Assembly (NCBI GenBank): GCA_904063045.1
Contig: CAJFCJ010000005.1
Location: 4,369,689-4,433,688 of the forward strand
Direction: 5' to 3'
Length of the DNA stretch: 64,000 bases
DNA from: Dimorphilus gyrociliatus
Taxonomy: Eukaryota > Animalia > Annelida
Shown here piece by piece: positions 50,909 to 63,500 of the stretch. The stretch's first letter is position 1. The number at the start of each line of letters is the position of its first letter. The notes below the pieces were generated by a model. That model did not search any database. It had not been told where the DNA came from and worked only from the letters and a program-made list of their open reading frames with translations. A program made the position numbers and the translations under genes.

Positions 50909-52672
50909 ATGGCTATTATTTCGTTGAAAGTTTTATCATTGGAGACGATTTTAGAAAATTTAAAACTGTTGGCTATTCAGTGTTTAAGTAATTGTATTCT
51001 CTTACCAGTTCAAATAAGTAATGAAATATTTGAATACATTCATTCAAGAGGAGTTATATTAGGAGGAGAAGAAGTTGTCTTCTTCTCTTCAAAAGTTTCT
51101 TCTCTTACGAGTATTAAACTCGTCGAAGGGCAATTAATTAATATTCAAAATTATGATTTTCTAAAGAATCATCAAATTGAAAGTGTAATTTATGATTTTT
51201 CGGATATAAAAGATTTTATATTCCTCATTGATCCTATTTGTTTGAAAAGTTTATGGATAAAAAATGGATTAAAAAGTGAAAATTCAATCAAATCTGCAGT
51301 TAATTTCATTAAAAAATGTGAAAATCTACAATCGCTCAATCTTAATTGTTACGATGATGGAATTCTAATTAAGAATCTATTCATGGAGACAAAATTCTCC
51401 GATTATTCTTTAAAAACGCTTTGTTTACATAGCCAAACAACGGAATTGTACGAATTGTACAACGATAATCTTCGAGAAATGTTGGAAAATTGTCAAAACT
51501 TGAGTGAAATACAAATAAATTACAATGTTTGGAAGCAAATAGAGACAATTTGTCAAGGTTTACAAACTTCCTACAGCACTTTATCGTCGATTGATATCGA
51601 ATTCAATTCGTTTACTAATCGGCAGATAATCGCTTTGGCGAATTTACTTGATAATTGTAGACAATTAAAGGTATTTAGATTCAATTATCAAACGAATAAG
51701 AACGGCGAAAATACGACGACGAAGAATGATGATATTCTGGAAATTGATAGAATTCTTAACGGTCTTGCGAATTCGTGCGAAAATCTTCAAGAAATCAGCT
51801 TAATCATTAACGATTATACATTCAAGGAAAACGATAGAAATTTAATCAATTTGTTGAATAATTGCAGAAATTTGCAAACAATTCAACTATCATTCAAAGA
51901 TGTAGACATTTATAGTAATTTGGGCAAAATGGCGCCATTTTCTAAATTGAATAAAGTCAATGTAAAATGTTCAAACGGCGAAGAATTAAAGTACGTTGGA
52001 GATTTTCTATCAGTTTGTCATCATATACAAACAATTGTAATAGATATTAGCTTCGATGTGGGCAGATACCTTAAGGGTATTTGCAATAGTTTGACAAATT
52101 CTTGTCGTACACTTACAAACATTAATCTTTCCGGTTTATTGATGGCAAACGAACATATGCAACATTTTGCAGATTTGGTAATGAATTGCAACAGCTTGGA
52201 ATCTATTGAACTTACTTTGGCCGAGATTGGAAAAGAAGCTGAAATGATTTGGAATAGTTTAACTCCGTCTAAGAATAATCTGACTAATTTGAAACTATGC
52301 GTAGCTTTCTCCATAAATACCAATGACGCTAAATGCTTGGCTCAATTCCTTTACTGTTGCAGATGTTTACAAAAATTTGAATTACTTTGCAATAACGTTA
52401 GAGAAACTGCAATTATTGAAATTTTGAATGGTTTACTACCGTCTTGTCAAACGTTGAAATATCTTAAAATACCACTTCCGTTCGACAGAGATCACGGTTT
52501 TCATTTAGTCAATTTTGTAAGTCGATGTAAAATCCTACAAGAGTTGAATATTCTTGGAAATAAACAATTGTTATCTCAAGCAAATAAATTTACAAATGCA
52601 ATCAGAAATTCATGCCGAAAAATTACTAGAATGGAATTTTTCCTATTGGAAAGTGGACTTTTTTCAGTCTAA
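50909..52672 (+). CDS. Intronless 587-aa leucine-rich-repeat protein with a ZYG11/ZER1-like N-terminus (putative BC/VHL box) and RI-like LRRs
   Basis: Single long ORF. The N-terminus SLKVLSLETILENL..LPVQISNEIFEYIHSRG resembles a BC-box/cullin-box region, followed by repeated LxxLLxxCxxLxxIxL units about 27-30 aa apart. Confidence 0.85.
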   Translation: MAIISLKVLSLETILENLKLLAIQCLSNCILLPVQISNEIFEYIHSRGVILGGEEVVFFSSKVSSLTSIKLVEGQLINIQNYDFLKNHQIESVIYDFSDIKDFIFLIDPICLKSLWIKNGLKSENSIKSAVNFIKKCENLQSLNLNCYDDGILIKNLFMETKFSDYSLKTLCLHSQTTELYELYNDNLREMLENCQNLSEIQINYNVWKQIETICQGLQTSYSTLSSIDIEFNSFTNRQIIALANLLDNCRQLKVFRFNYQTNKNGENTTTKNDDILEIDRILNGLANSCENLQEISLIINDYTFKENDRNLINLLNNCRNLQTIQLSFKDVDIYSNLGKMAPFSKLNKVNVKCSNGEELKYVGDFLSVCHHIQTIVIDISFDVGRYLKGICNSLTNSCRTLTNINLSGLLMANEHMQHFADLVMNCNSLESIELTLAEIGKEAEMIWNSLTPSKNNLTNLKLCVAFSINTNDAKCLAQFLYCCRCLQKFELLCNNVRETAIIEILNGLLPSCQTLKYLKIPLPFDRDHGFHLVNFVSRCKILQELNILGNKQLLSQANKFTNAIRNSCRKITRMEFFLLESGLFSV

Positions 52673-52974
52673 TTTTACAAACAAACAAAACAATACACGG
52701 CCCTTTCTCTTTCTCTAATTGGTTTATATAGTTTTTATTAGGAGATGTTTTTTTTTTCTATTGCCAATAACAATTCTTCTTTCTTTCTCTCTTCCTATCT
52801 GTCTGTCTGTTCGAAGAAATCGTCTCATTGTCTATTTCATACAGTAATCTAGTTTAATAGATAATAATTTTTCAACACATATCATTTATTGTTTGTTTTG
52901 TTTGCTTTTGGAATTTTGTTTTAAATATACAATACTATCTTCTATGACAGTTTGTAATAGATTGTAATTGTTAT

Positions 52975-55900
52975 TCATTTCATTTTTTCCTCTTCCTCCT
53001 CATCCTCCTCCTCCTCCTCGTTCTCCTTCTCTTTTAGGAATCTCTTGAAAAACAAACCAATGTGAAAAATTTCTCTCTTCTCTATCAATTCATTCAAAGC
53101 GATAAAATTGTTTGCAATTACGTAATATTCCTTTTTTCTTTTCTGTTAAAAAACGACACATTTTTCATCTTCTTCTTCTTCTCTTTCCTCGCTACGGTAA
53201 ATGAAAAGATAAAGAAGAAAAAGAAAAAAGAACAACCTGAAAATGAATGTTTCTCACATTCAAATGAAAATCAAATGCCAAATTTATTTGATGAATAAAT
53301 GAATAGGCTTGTAAAATATTCCTAAAACAATTAATATATTCAAAGTTATCTTTCAGCCTATCCATCAGCTCAATAGATCTCGGTTTCTTTATGTATTCAT
53401 AATAGACAACAATATGATTAGAGTAGGCTTCCTCTATGAGTATGTTAACTAAATATCAATAGTAAAATATATGGCTATGTTTAGTAGATAAGAAACGAAT
53501 ATATAGAAAATTGCGAATACAAACATAGACGGAAGCATTCTTTTCTCTTTTCGTCAATTAGAGATTGTCTTGAAAAAAGAAAATTCTTTTATTGAGAGAG
53601 AGAAGGGGAATTGAAAGAAAACAAACTTTTCCTGCAATTTAATAGCCTTCTTCTGCTTTCGATAAAATGATAATTCGGAAAAAGTATATATCATTGGATT
53701 CAATATTGAATTGAATGGAACGAGAAAAATGATGACTATAGCGTAAATATCATTGTTTAAATGTAATTCTTTAAACGTTGATATTATCCCTAAAAGTGAA
53801 ATTGGAGACCAACATAATAAATTCGTTAAAACGATTATTATAATTGTTTTTGTTAGTTTTAATTGAGTTTTTGCGTGCGTTTTTGAATCTTTCCAAGCCA
53901 TCATTGATTTCCTTACTTTCATTAATAAACTGGTATAGAATCCGCTATTAATAATACTAATTAAAAGTGTAAATACTCCGAAAATGAGGAAAGAAAAGAT
54001 CCAGCCTTCAGTCTTTTCTCCGCCCACTTGAATATTAAAACAGATTGGTGACGCCGAATAGAAATTCTAGAAATAAACAAACAAACAAACGTAAAATTTC
54101 CAACAGAAACGCTATTCAAGCCTTTTATAAACCTTAAACATTAATAATGGTACTATGCCGATTAGCAGGGAAAATGATACCAACAATATTGTCATATGAT
54201 AAGCGTACTTTGTTAAAAAAGATGTATAATTTGGACGGAGGATGACTCTATACCTTTCCAAAGTTAACAGTAATATACTCAAAGACGACATAACTAGTGA
54301 GCTGGTCATTAAAACTCCAACAAATTTACACAACCAGAATGCTTTCCATTTTTCTTCATTTTCCAAAAATGTTCCATAAAATTTTAAATCTACGCAAGCG
54401 ATTACCAGAACATAAAATGATGTGAAAGTATCGCCAAACACCAGACAAAGTCTATAGGATTTCGAAGGTCTGTCCGAACTTAATATACAATATATTGATA
54501 TACAATTCAAGCATACTCCAACAATTCCTATCAGCCAAAATGATACGCGTAGAAAGGTTGAACTCAATAGGTTGGAACAAGTTTTAAAATACGAAGAATC
54601 AGGCCTACAAGTGACGTCTTTTCCCAAAAATTTCCAAGTTAAACAGCAAAGTTTATAGCTGTTACTAAATAGTCTTGTCAAACTTTCAAGGTTCCTAACG
54701 ATATAGTAGCTACTTTCCGATGGAAATTTTGTACCATTAAGATGAAGTTCGTTCAAAGAGGATAAAGAGTTGAATGATAATTCTGAAATAGCATCTAGGC
54801 GGCAATTCGTCATTCGAAGAACTTTTAGCAGAGTTAACCTCTTGAAACTCTCTCTACCTATACTAATTATCTTTGTTTCTGAAAGGTCAAGGTAATAGAG
54901 ATGTTGAGAAAATGAAATTATTGTTGAATTTATCGATTGTAAAGGATTTCTAGACAAATCCAAATATTGTAGAGCCAACGTTGAATTAACGTTGAAAAAC
55001 GATAGGTTATAAAGATAATTATACTGTAAAGCCAATATAAAAACATTCGGAGCGTAAATGGTCGATTCTTTTAACAAACGATTTCTAGTTATATTTAGAA
55101 TTGTTAAAGAATAGGCTTTATGAAAATTTTCCATCATAAATTCTCCGTTTAATTCAATCTTTTTATATTTTTCGTTATAAATGAATATCTGCTTTCCCAT
55201 TTCAATTCTACATTCAATTTCGAATGGAAGAGATTGACGACTTTTACACGAATCTGACGCTGTTATCAACGAATTATAGCAGTATAATTCGTCACTTCCT
55301 CTTATACAATCCTTAATTCCGTTGCAGAGATTCTTATTCGGCAAATATAAATATTCCATTCTACATTTGAAAAATCCTTTCAATACAAAATTCTCTTGAA
55401 AAGAGAAAAGGGGAAAGGATGGAAGGAAAGAATTAATTCTTATCTAAAGAATAACAAGCAGTTGAAAATTACCGCAATTCTCTTCGTCGTCTTCATGAAA
55501 ACAATGATTTATTCCATCGCAAATGAATCTAATAGAAATACAATTATTCGCTATTTGACACTTGTATTCTCCTCTTTCGCAATTTGTTCTTATCGAACTG
55601 ATTAATGGTAATTCAGTTGTTCTATTCCCATATACATTATAGACTTGAACAATCGAATTAGCTTCATCGTATATATAACCTTCTTCCATTTCAAGTCCAA
55701 CACGCATATATTTACAACTAATCGATTCATTGCATAATATTTCAATTGGAAAGCAAACCTTTTGACATTCGAATTGTCTGATTGGATTACAATCTAAGCG
55801 GAGAATTTTCTTCTATTAATTCAATTATACTGTTAACTTGTTGTTGTTTACTTTACTTTGTCTATATTTAACGTCAATAGAATTCTTTGAATAGCAATTC

Positions 55901-58900
55901 TCATCGCTTAAATCCAAACAGTTTCTCTTCTGATCGCATACTTTACTCGAATGAACGCATTGGCCACTCTTACACTTTCTATAGAATAAGATTAACTGTT
56001 CAATTTGATTGATTTTTCTATTAATCTCTTAATCTCTACCTTTCGTCTTTATCGCATTTACGCTGCTCTGCAAAATTCATCAAACATTAATTGGAGGACG
56101 ACAGGTAAAAACATCTGAAAAATAAAAATACCGCAATTTTCTTCGTCCTCGTTATAAGGACAATCTTGGTGATAATCGCAAACTAACGTATAACTGATAC
56201 TTGTATTCGAACGATGGCATTGAAATTGCGATAGAATAGAATTATTACAATTCTCATCTTCGTACGATGGACAATCGTAAATTCCATCGCACAAATAAAC
56301 AATATTTATGCAAATTTCATCTTTCGAACAATAATAACCGTTACTCGAACACTTGAACTTTTGGAATTCAAGTTTAAAATTGTTGAAAGTATCTTTTCGT
56401 TTCATTTCTTTTCAAGGAAAAAAAGAGAAAAGTTTGTTTTTTTAAAAAAAAGAAATAAAAGAATTCTTCCAACTCGTAGCATGTTGACAAAAATAAAGCC
56501 TATTCGGTTGAATATTACACTGTTTCGCCAATTTAAAACGATACATTTCCATACATTTTGAAGAGAATTGAATAAAATATGGTTTTAATTTATGAAAGTA
56601 ATTGTTAAAGCATGTCTTGGAGTTATTGGCAAAATAGAACATTGGATAGTTTGCGTAAGTTACTAAATTCAATTCGTTTCTTTTATTCAATACTCGAGTA
56701 TGAGCTAAACGGATATAGTATTAATAATATTGTATAGACTGTATATTCTGTATACTATAATTTATATAGTTTATCTATTAATCTCTTACAAACCAGTGAC
56801 ATACTTGACCAATCTTGTAGTAAGGCCTAATATTCGAACGCCAGTGTTGAGAAAAGTAATTGTAAAACCTTTATAGTGTGTCGGTATATCTGCAAGGTGT
56901 AGATCGTACTCTTGGCAACTCTCTTCCATTTGTTGAACGGTTAATTCTCTATTGGAAATGATGGACAAATAGCAAACGTGATGTATGGAGAAAGTGTTGT
57001 TTCCTTTGCAAGCGATAGACGTAGATGGAGCTAAAGAAGGCAAAAAATGGCGATCGACTATTAAAGCTCTTATTCTATTCTAATCCAAGATTTTTAACCA
57101 TAATCCTTTGCCTGGTAGCATTTAACATGTAGTCTGGGTACCTTTTTTAATTGATCAGGCTCTAATGGGTCTGTTGAGCTGCGTGCAATACAATTGATCG
57201 AATTAATTAATGGTACATAATACAATACAAACTGATTATATACAATATACGTGATATCTTACTAACACTCTACTAAATGTACAATTTTTCAAGTTTTCTC
57301 CATCATTCGCTCTGCAAACTAATGACCCATTTCTATAACAGATAAAAAATCAATAATATAAGTTATTAGTCTGCTTATTCACATTGATTAGCTCACTTAT
57401 CATAATCAAAGAACGAATCGCTAAAGAGATACTCTGAATAGACGTTTTCATCGCCATTCTGTACGACTGTACCGTCTTCAAATCCATAATATAGACAAAC
57501 AGCCTTTACGTCTCTAGATGATACGGGAAAGTAATAAACCCAACCGATGTCGCCTTCGAACCTTTGAAAGGAACCTTTGTATTCGGAGTACGAATGATTC
57601 TTATCTAATATAAAGCCTTTATGATTTATCAATCTAACAAGAAAACCTGAAATTGATACAACAAGACTGTTGAACTGTATAAAATAATAGGATATAATTC
57701 TATCAATACCGATATCGTTCATATCGTCCGAACAGTCCAAGAAAAGTAAAAGTACAAAAGCTTTACTATAGCTCTCCGTAGATCGATTATAATCGTATTC
57801 CATAAAACATTTAGATGTTGTATCGTTAATTTGAGTAAAACTCGTACAACCTCCGTAGAAATAAATCTGGATAGAGACAGAGAGAGAGAGAAATGAAATC
57901 TTAAAACTTCTAAGCAAAACTCAACAAACAAACCTCTGTAAAATTACTCTTAAACATTTTATAACTTTTTCCAATCATCTTCCGTCCGGCATTCATATTA
58001 AAATAATGACAGATTAAACTCTCATAATCCGCTTTAGCGTAATAGTTAACGCTTGAAAAAAATGGTGGCAAAATTCCGTATGATTTAGACACGAAATAGA
58101 TGTTTGTCAAGTTGATTAATGAATTATACATCATTGAAAATAGATGAGTTTGATTTGGATTATTATGAAATTTTTCAATAGTTAAATCTAAATAGCATTT
58201 TAAAAGAGAAATTGAAAACGCACGTGCATAAAAACTTGTCGAATAACCCTAACCCTAACCCTAACCCTAACCCTTGGTTGTGAGATTAATTGTTGACAAG
58301 CTTATCCGTCAATCTCCTAATATAGACAATTTACCTTCTATCTCTCCGTATTGACATTCCATTACGTAACCAAGTTTTAACACATTATCCTCTTGTTCTA
58401 TTTGGGTAAAGTTTATTACCAATCCATTAATAGAGTTGATTTTACAATTTGCATATATGGTTATGTCTGAATGATAAATGAAAAACTCTGATCTCTTGCA
58501 CAATTCTCTCCTAAATTGTTCACTTTCGGCAATATGAAAGTTATATTTTTGGTATCTTAACAAAATGAAAGTTTTGTACGAATAAAAGTCTAAAAAAATG
58601 ATAGAAATATTTCAACTTGTGATAAATTTCAATAGGAATTTACAAGGAGTTTTTCTCTTAAAGCATTTTAAACAAATTCCCATTTCTATTGTTGTACCAT
58701 TCTCTAAAATACTATAATACTATTAATGTTATTACTATCAAGAATTCTAAAGTTTGGCAAAACACTCGCAATTTTGGCGTTTTTCCTTCAAAGTTGATTT
58801 GTATAAATTGACTGGGTTTTGATAAAAGTTGACAAGGAAACGCTAAAGAATGAATATTATCGTATCCCATATTATAGCACATAAATGTTAGATTAGCTCT

Positions 58901-60340
58901 ATAGTCAAAATATTCGACTGGTCCCTTAAAACCAATTGGATAAGTGCCCTGTAAAGTTTTCATATAGACGAGTCCGCTGACAAACGTATGCGTTGAAGTT
59001 TGTATTTCTAAATGAAATTGCTCTCCAACCTCTAGAAACATCAATTAGTTAGTTTGTCTTAATATACACAAAACATCTACCATTCTTATTACAATCGTAA
59101 TTCGGAATATATATAATGTTTTCAACGCTTTTGAAATAATCATATGGACTTTGTCTTGAGAATATACAATCATATCTTCCCTTCTCTTCAATTATAATTG
59201 TACAATTTTCTAGGAAATATATCTGTATGTATTTAACACGATGATAAAATTGGCTAAATGATCAGCTGTAAGAAACAACAAGAACAACACCTCTTCCTGA
59301 GATAATAGGGATAATTCGTAAAGGCTTCTCTTCGAATTTCCCTTCAATGAATTATTGGATAGAGATGAACAAATCATTTTTGGTGGTACATTATCCAAGT
59401 CTGAAGAGCTACCGAAATATGGTGGCAGAATTCCGTGAGTGTTTGAAGAGATATAGACATCAGTCTTATTCAGAAGATACGGATAAAATTGGGAAAAAAT
59501 GAATAAAGCTTCTGCGTTTGAATCCAATTTCTCAATTTTTATATCTGAAAGATTAAAACAGATGAAATGTTTCATTTTTCCTTTCTCTTCTTTTTCTTTG
59601 AAATCATTTACCATTTAAATGGGAAAATCTACATTCTATTGGAGGAGAAGTGTAATTCATAATCGTTTTGAATTTAAATTTCGAGTTTATTATAAATTCG
59701 GTTCTCTTGCAAATGTTCAAGTGACTATGATTTCTTTGAAAAGCCTCATAATTTTTCGTATTTAATCGAAGATAGATACGATATATCGTCCTATTAAATT
59801 CATGAGCGAATATATCTAGAATGGGAAATTATTTGGTGATTTTTTAACAGTAAACTATCGCTAAATAAACGGCAAAATTAACATGGCTTATCCGTTCTGA
59901 AACACTTTAAACATAACAGCCATTTTAAGTTGTTTGAAGAGCCGATTCTAAAAAAATTGCAAGTAATAGATTATATGAATAATTATACACAGTATACAAG
60001 TATACGTGTTGAAACGTGGATAGAAGACACGTTTCGCTATATTCCTATTTAAACAGGGACTCGCCACAGAATGAATACTATCGTATCCTGCTTTGAAACA
60101 TATTTCATTAGTTAAATTTAATTGTAATCTTTCAAACGCAATTTGATATTGCCGATAAGCTTTTGGTGAAAATTTCACAAAAGCCTGACCATAGACGCTA
60201 CTATCCGATTCCTTGATAATTTCTAAAGAATACGTAAAATTCTCAATTATATTGTAGAGAAATGAATATTTATATTGTAATAAATGTATTATTATGGTTA
60301 AAAGCAAGTTTCTTTCGCGTATATTCATAAATTTCATCGT
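52975..60340 (-). CDS. GRL101-like receptor B: duplicated N-terminal module, SRCR-like, CTL-like, about 6 LDLa, LRRs, canonical 7TM, C-terminal kinase-like tail
   Basis: Signal-like MKFMNIRERNLLLTIIIHLL; SRCR-like VRLINHKG..KG..W..DVKAVCLYYGFEDG (about 57420-57650); CTL-like CYLS..EESCQEYDLHLADI (about 56800-57040); LDLa (55444-56400); LRR/hinge/TM1-4 (54112-55383, LERY); TM5-7 (TNLLCWSP, NSILNPMIY); tail exons 53568-53525, 53448-53237, 53142-52975. Confidence 0.9.
58244..58273. repeat. Interstitial telomere-type repeat (TAACCC)5 in an intron of receptor B
   Basis: Five perfect units read directly. Confidence 0.95.
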
Positions 60341-60565
60341 CAACAATTTTACAACGAACGACGGAAGATGATAATGTCCAGTTGGATAAAGATAAATGAA
60401 AAAGAGACGAACAAAACGAACAAAACGTGTCTTTTATTTAATTGCAGTTTGAAGGAAGAAAGAAGGATTAGATTTCTAATTGAAACGTTCTAATTACAGA
60501 AATTACATCAATTTCTCAATTAAATTCATCTTTTTAATAGACAATGAAGAGATTGAAGAGATTAA

Positions 60566-63500
60566 TTATTTTGTAGAATTTTCTGAACAGTTTTTATTGA
60601 CGTTATTGAAAAGTAAACATTTTTCAATGTTTAAGTAGAATTTATATTTTTTATTTACCTGTTTTCTTAATACATTTCTTGTAAATATGCCTAATGAAAG
60701 AATGTCGTCCTTATCGTTTGTACCATTTAAAGGTGTGAATTTCCTCCAAATCAGAAAGCAACCTTTTCTGGAATTCTGTTCAATAATAACAACAACAACA
60801 CAATTTCTTATAAACAAATGTTATTCTTATTGGCAAACCGAAATAGAAATGTTCTTTTCCATTATTTCATCGTCAAAGGCAAACGAGTATTTGTGAGCAA
60901 AACATAACGCTATACATATATGCCTAATGTATCTTGTGTGGTTGGAAGAATGAAAAAATCGTTTAGAAATTGAAGATAATTCCCTATATTGAAACTTATC
61001 CGAAAAGATTATTTGATGAGAGAAAGACTTTTCCATGAATGTCAAAGCTGTGTAAAGAAGAAAAATGATCAATTCTATAGAAAGAGGAATAAAGCTCATT
61101 TCCCTGTTCACCCTCCCCCTGCCCCTCCTCCCCCATTAATAAGAAAAGGCAATTACTGTTCGTGTAAAAGTCTTCTTCCACCTTCTTTAGAACTTCTTCC
61201 CTAATTTATCATCATCAAATGAAATAGGCAAATCGTGAAAATTGCATCTTTTCGTACACACTTACATTCGTCGAGTATTCTTTTGCTTTTTCAATTGTAA
61301 AAACTGCTTTACTCTCACTTTTGAGAATGAAATTGAATAGAAGAACGTAAGACACCAACTAAACGTAATAATTAACCAGCTATGGTCAATTAACAACTTG
61401 AATTTTACAATCTTTAATAACAATTCTATATAAAATCTATATTAAAATCTATTCCGGTATTGAAATCATAAAAGACAAACCTATTAAACTTATTGAAATC
61501 CATAAAATACAATTTATAATTGAAATTAACGAATAGAATATTTGAAATTTTATTGAATAGTCTTTTCCAGTTTTTCTTCTATAGAACGAATTGATTGCGG
61601 TAATTGATAATGAAAATGAAGTGATTGCTGTTGAGATGAGTATAAAAAGTAAATTTGATACGATTAGTTCATTCTTTCCAGTTTCCAAGTTAAAATTCAA
61701 ACAAATATTTGAATTCGAATGATAATCCTAATCCGTAGTTTTAATCAATGTTTAAGGCTTTTTTGTTTAAATATTGAAGAAAATAATTATTCACCTGGAA
61801 AAAACTACTGGAAACTATTGCGGTAGATGCAAATGAGACGGATGTAAACAATAGAAAATTGAAATATTTCCTAACGAATAAAGAAGAGAAACAATAGAAA
61901 TAATGATTTTGATAAAATTCAATATTTGTAAGCAGGAAAACTGAATTCAATGTCCACAAAGAGATTTTCATAATCAATTCAAGGGTTAAACACTGTTTAC
62001 TCGTCTTCCATACAATTTTATTTATTAAAAAATCCTCTCCGTAATTGCTGTCGACAAACGCAATTGTTAAAAAATGCACTGAAATGTAAAAACTAGATAA
62101 AATAGTTAAAAGATTCGAAAGTCTCCTTCTCTTAATCTCCGCCCATAGTAGTAGTAGAATAAGGAAGGCTACTAATTGAGATATTATTCCAGTTATACCG
62201 CAAATGAAACAAAACATTCTCATTGTTTCATTCTTAATTAGTCTTGAACAGGTATCTCTTACGGAATAGATGGATTTACAGACAATACTGTTGAGTTTTT
62301 CAACTAGGCAACAAACATTCTCTTCGTTACTGTATATAACTTTTAAATGTTTTAAATTTGCAATCTCTTCAACTAGTTCTAAAAGTGCAAAGTTTGTCCC
62401 GATTATATTGAATTCTTGGAGAGTTTCCGGCAAATTGAACACTCTTTGCTGTTCATTTTCCCTATGATATTCAACGATTCTCATCACTTTTAAATAGAGG
62501 AAATTCTTTGAGAAAAAATCCTTCTCTATTCCAATGATCCTATTATAGGAGATGTCAATATACGTTAGATGTTTGGAATGGATTATTAGCAAATCTTTGA
62601 GCAGTTGAAATGAATTATGAGAGATATCTAAATGGTAAAGAAGAGGTAATGATTTGCTTTGTAGAAACTGCAAATTTTCCAATTGATTGTATCTCAAATC
62701 AAGATATATTAAATTCGGAGTTGATATTGATAATTTCCATAAAATTCCATTGTTTCTTATTAAAAGAACAGTAAGAAAGTTTAAATGATCTTTTGTTATA
62801 ATTTCTGCATTGCCAATCGATTCGAATTTCTTTCTAGTCTTGTCAATTACAATTCGAGGCGGTGAAGCTATTGTTTGTAAATTACAAACTGTTGCAAACG
62901 GATAAGGTTGTTGGCAATTGATTGAATTTATTGTTGATTCTGTACAAAATAGTTCGTCGCTTCCCCTTAAACAATCAACAATTCCGTCACATATTTTACT
63001 AAAAATGAGGAAAAGATCTTGACCTTTACACTTGAAAAATCCTTCAATATTTAAATTTTCTGCGGAAAGGACAAGTCAACAGTCGATTAATGCTGTTATT
63101 CTATTTTGAATAGTAAATGTCAAAATCTACCGCAATTATCTTCGTCGTCTTTGTAGAAACAATGATAAATTCCATCGCAAATAAACATAATTGATATACA
63201 ATATGTAATTCTTTTACATAAATATTCACCAGTTTGGCAAGCTGTTTTTAAAAACAAAGTATTTGTTTGTTTTTTTAAAAAAAAAAGCCTTGTAATCTAT
63301 TCTTACAATGTATTTTTATGGTATTTTCTTCAGATTTTTCAAAGCCTATAGTAGTCTGTTCAAAAAACGGATTGCCCTGATTATCAGCTTTGCATATAAA
63401 CTCTCTATTACAGAGAAATTGACTTGGAAAACACTGATTGTCGCAGCTAAACTGTAAATCTTTATTGCATCCTGAAAAGAATACAATTTTTGCTCTGTTA

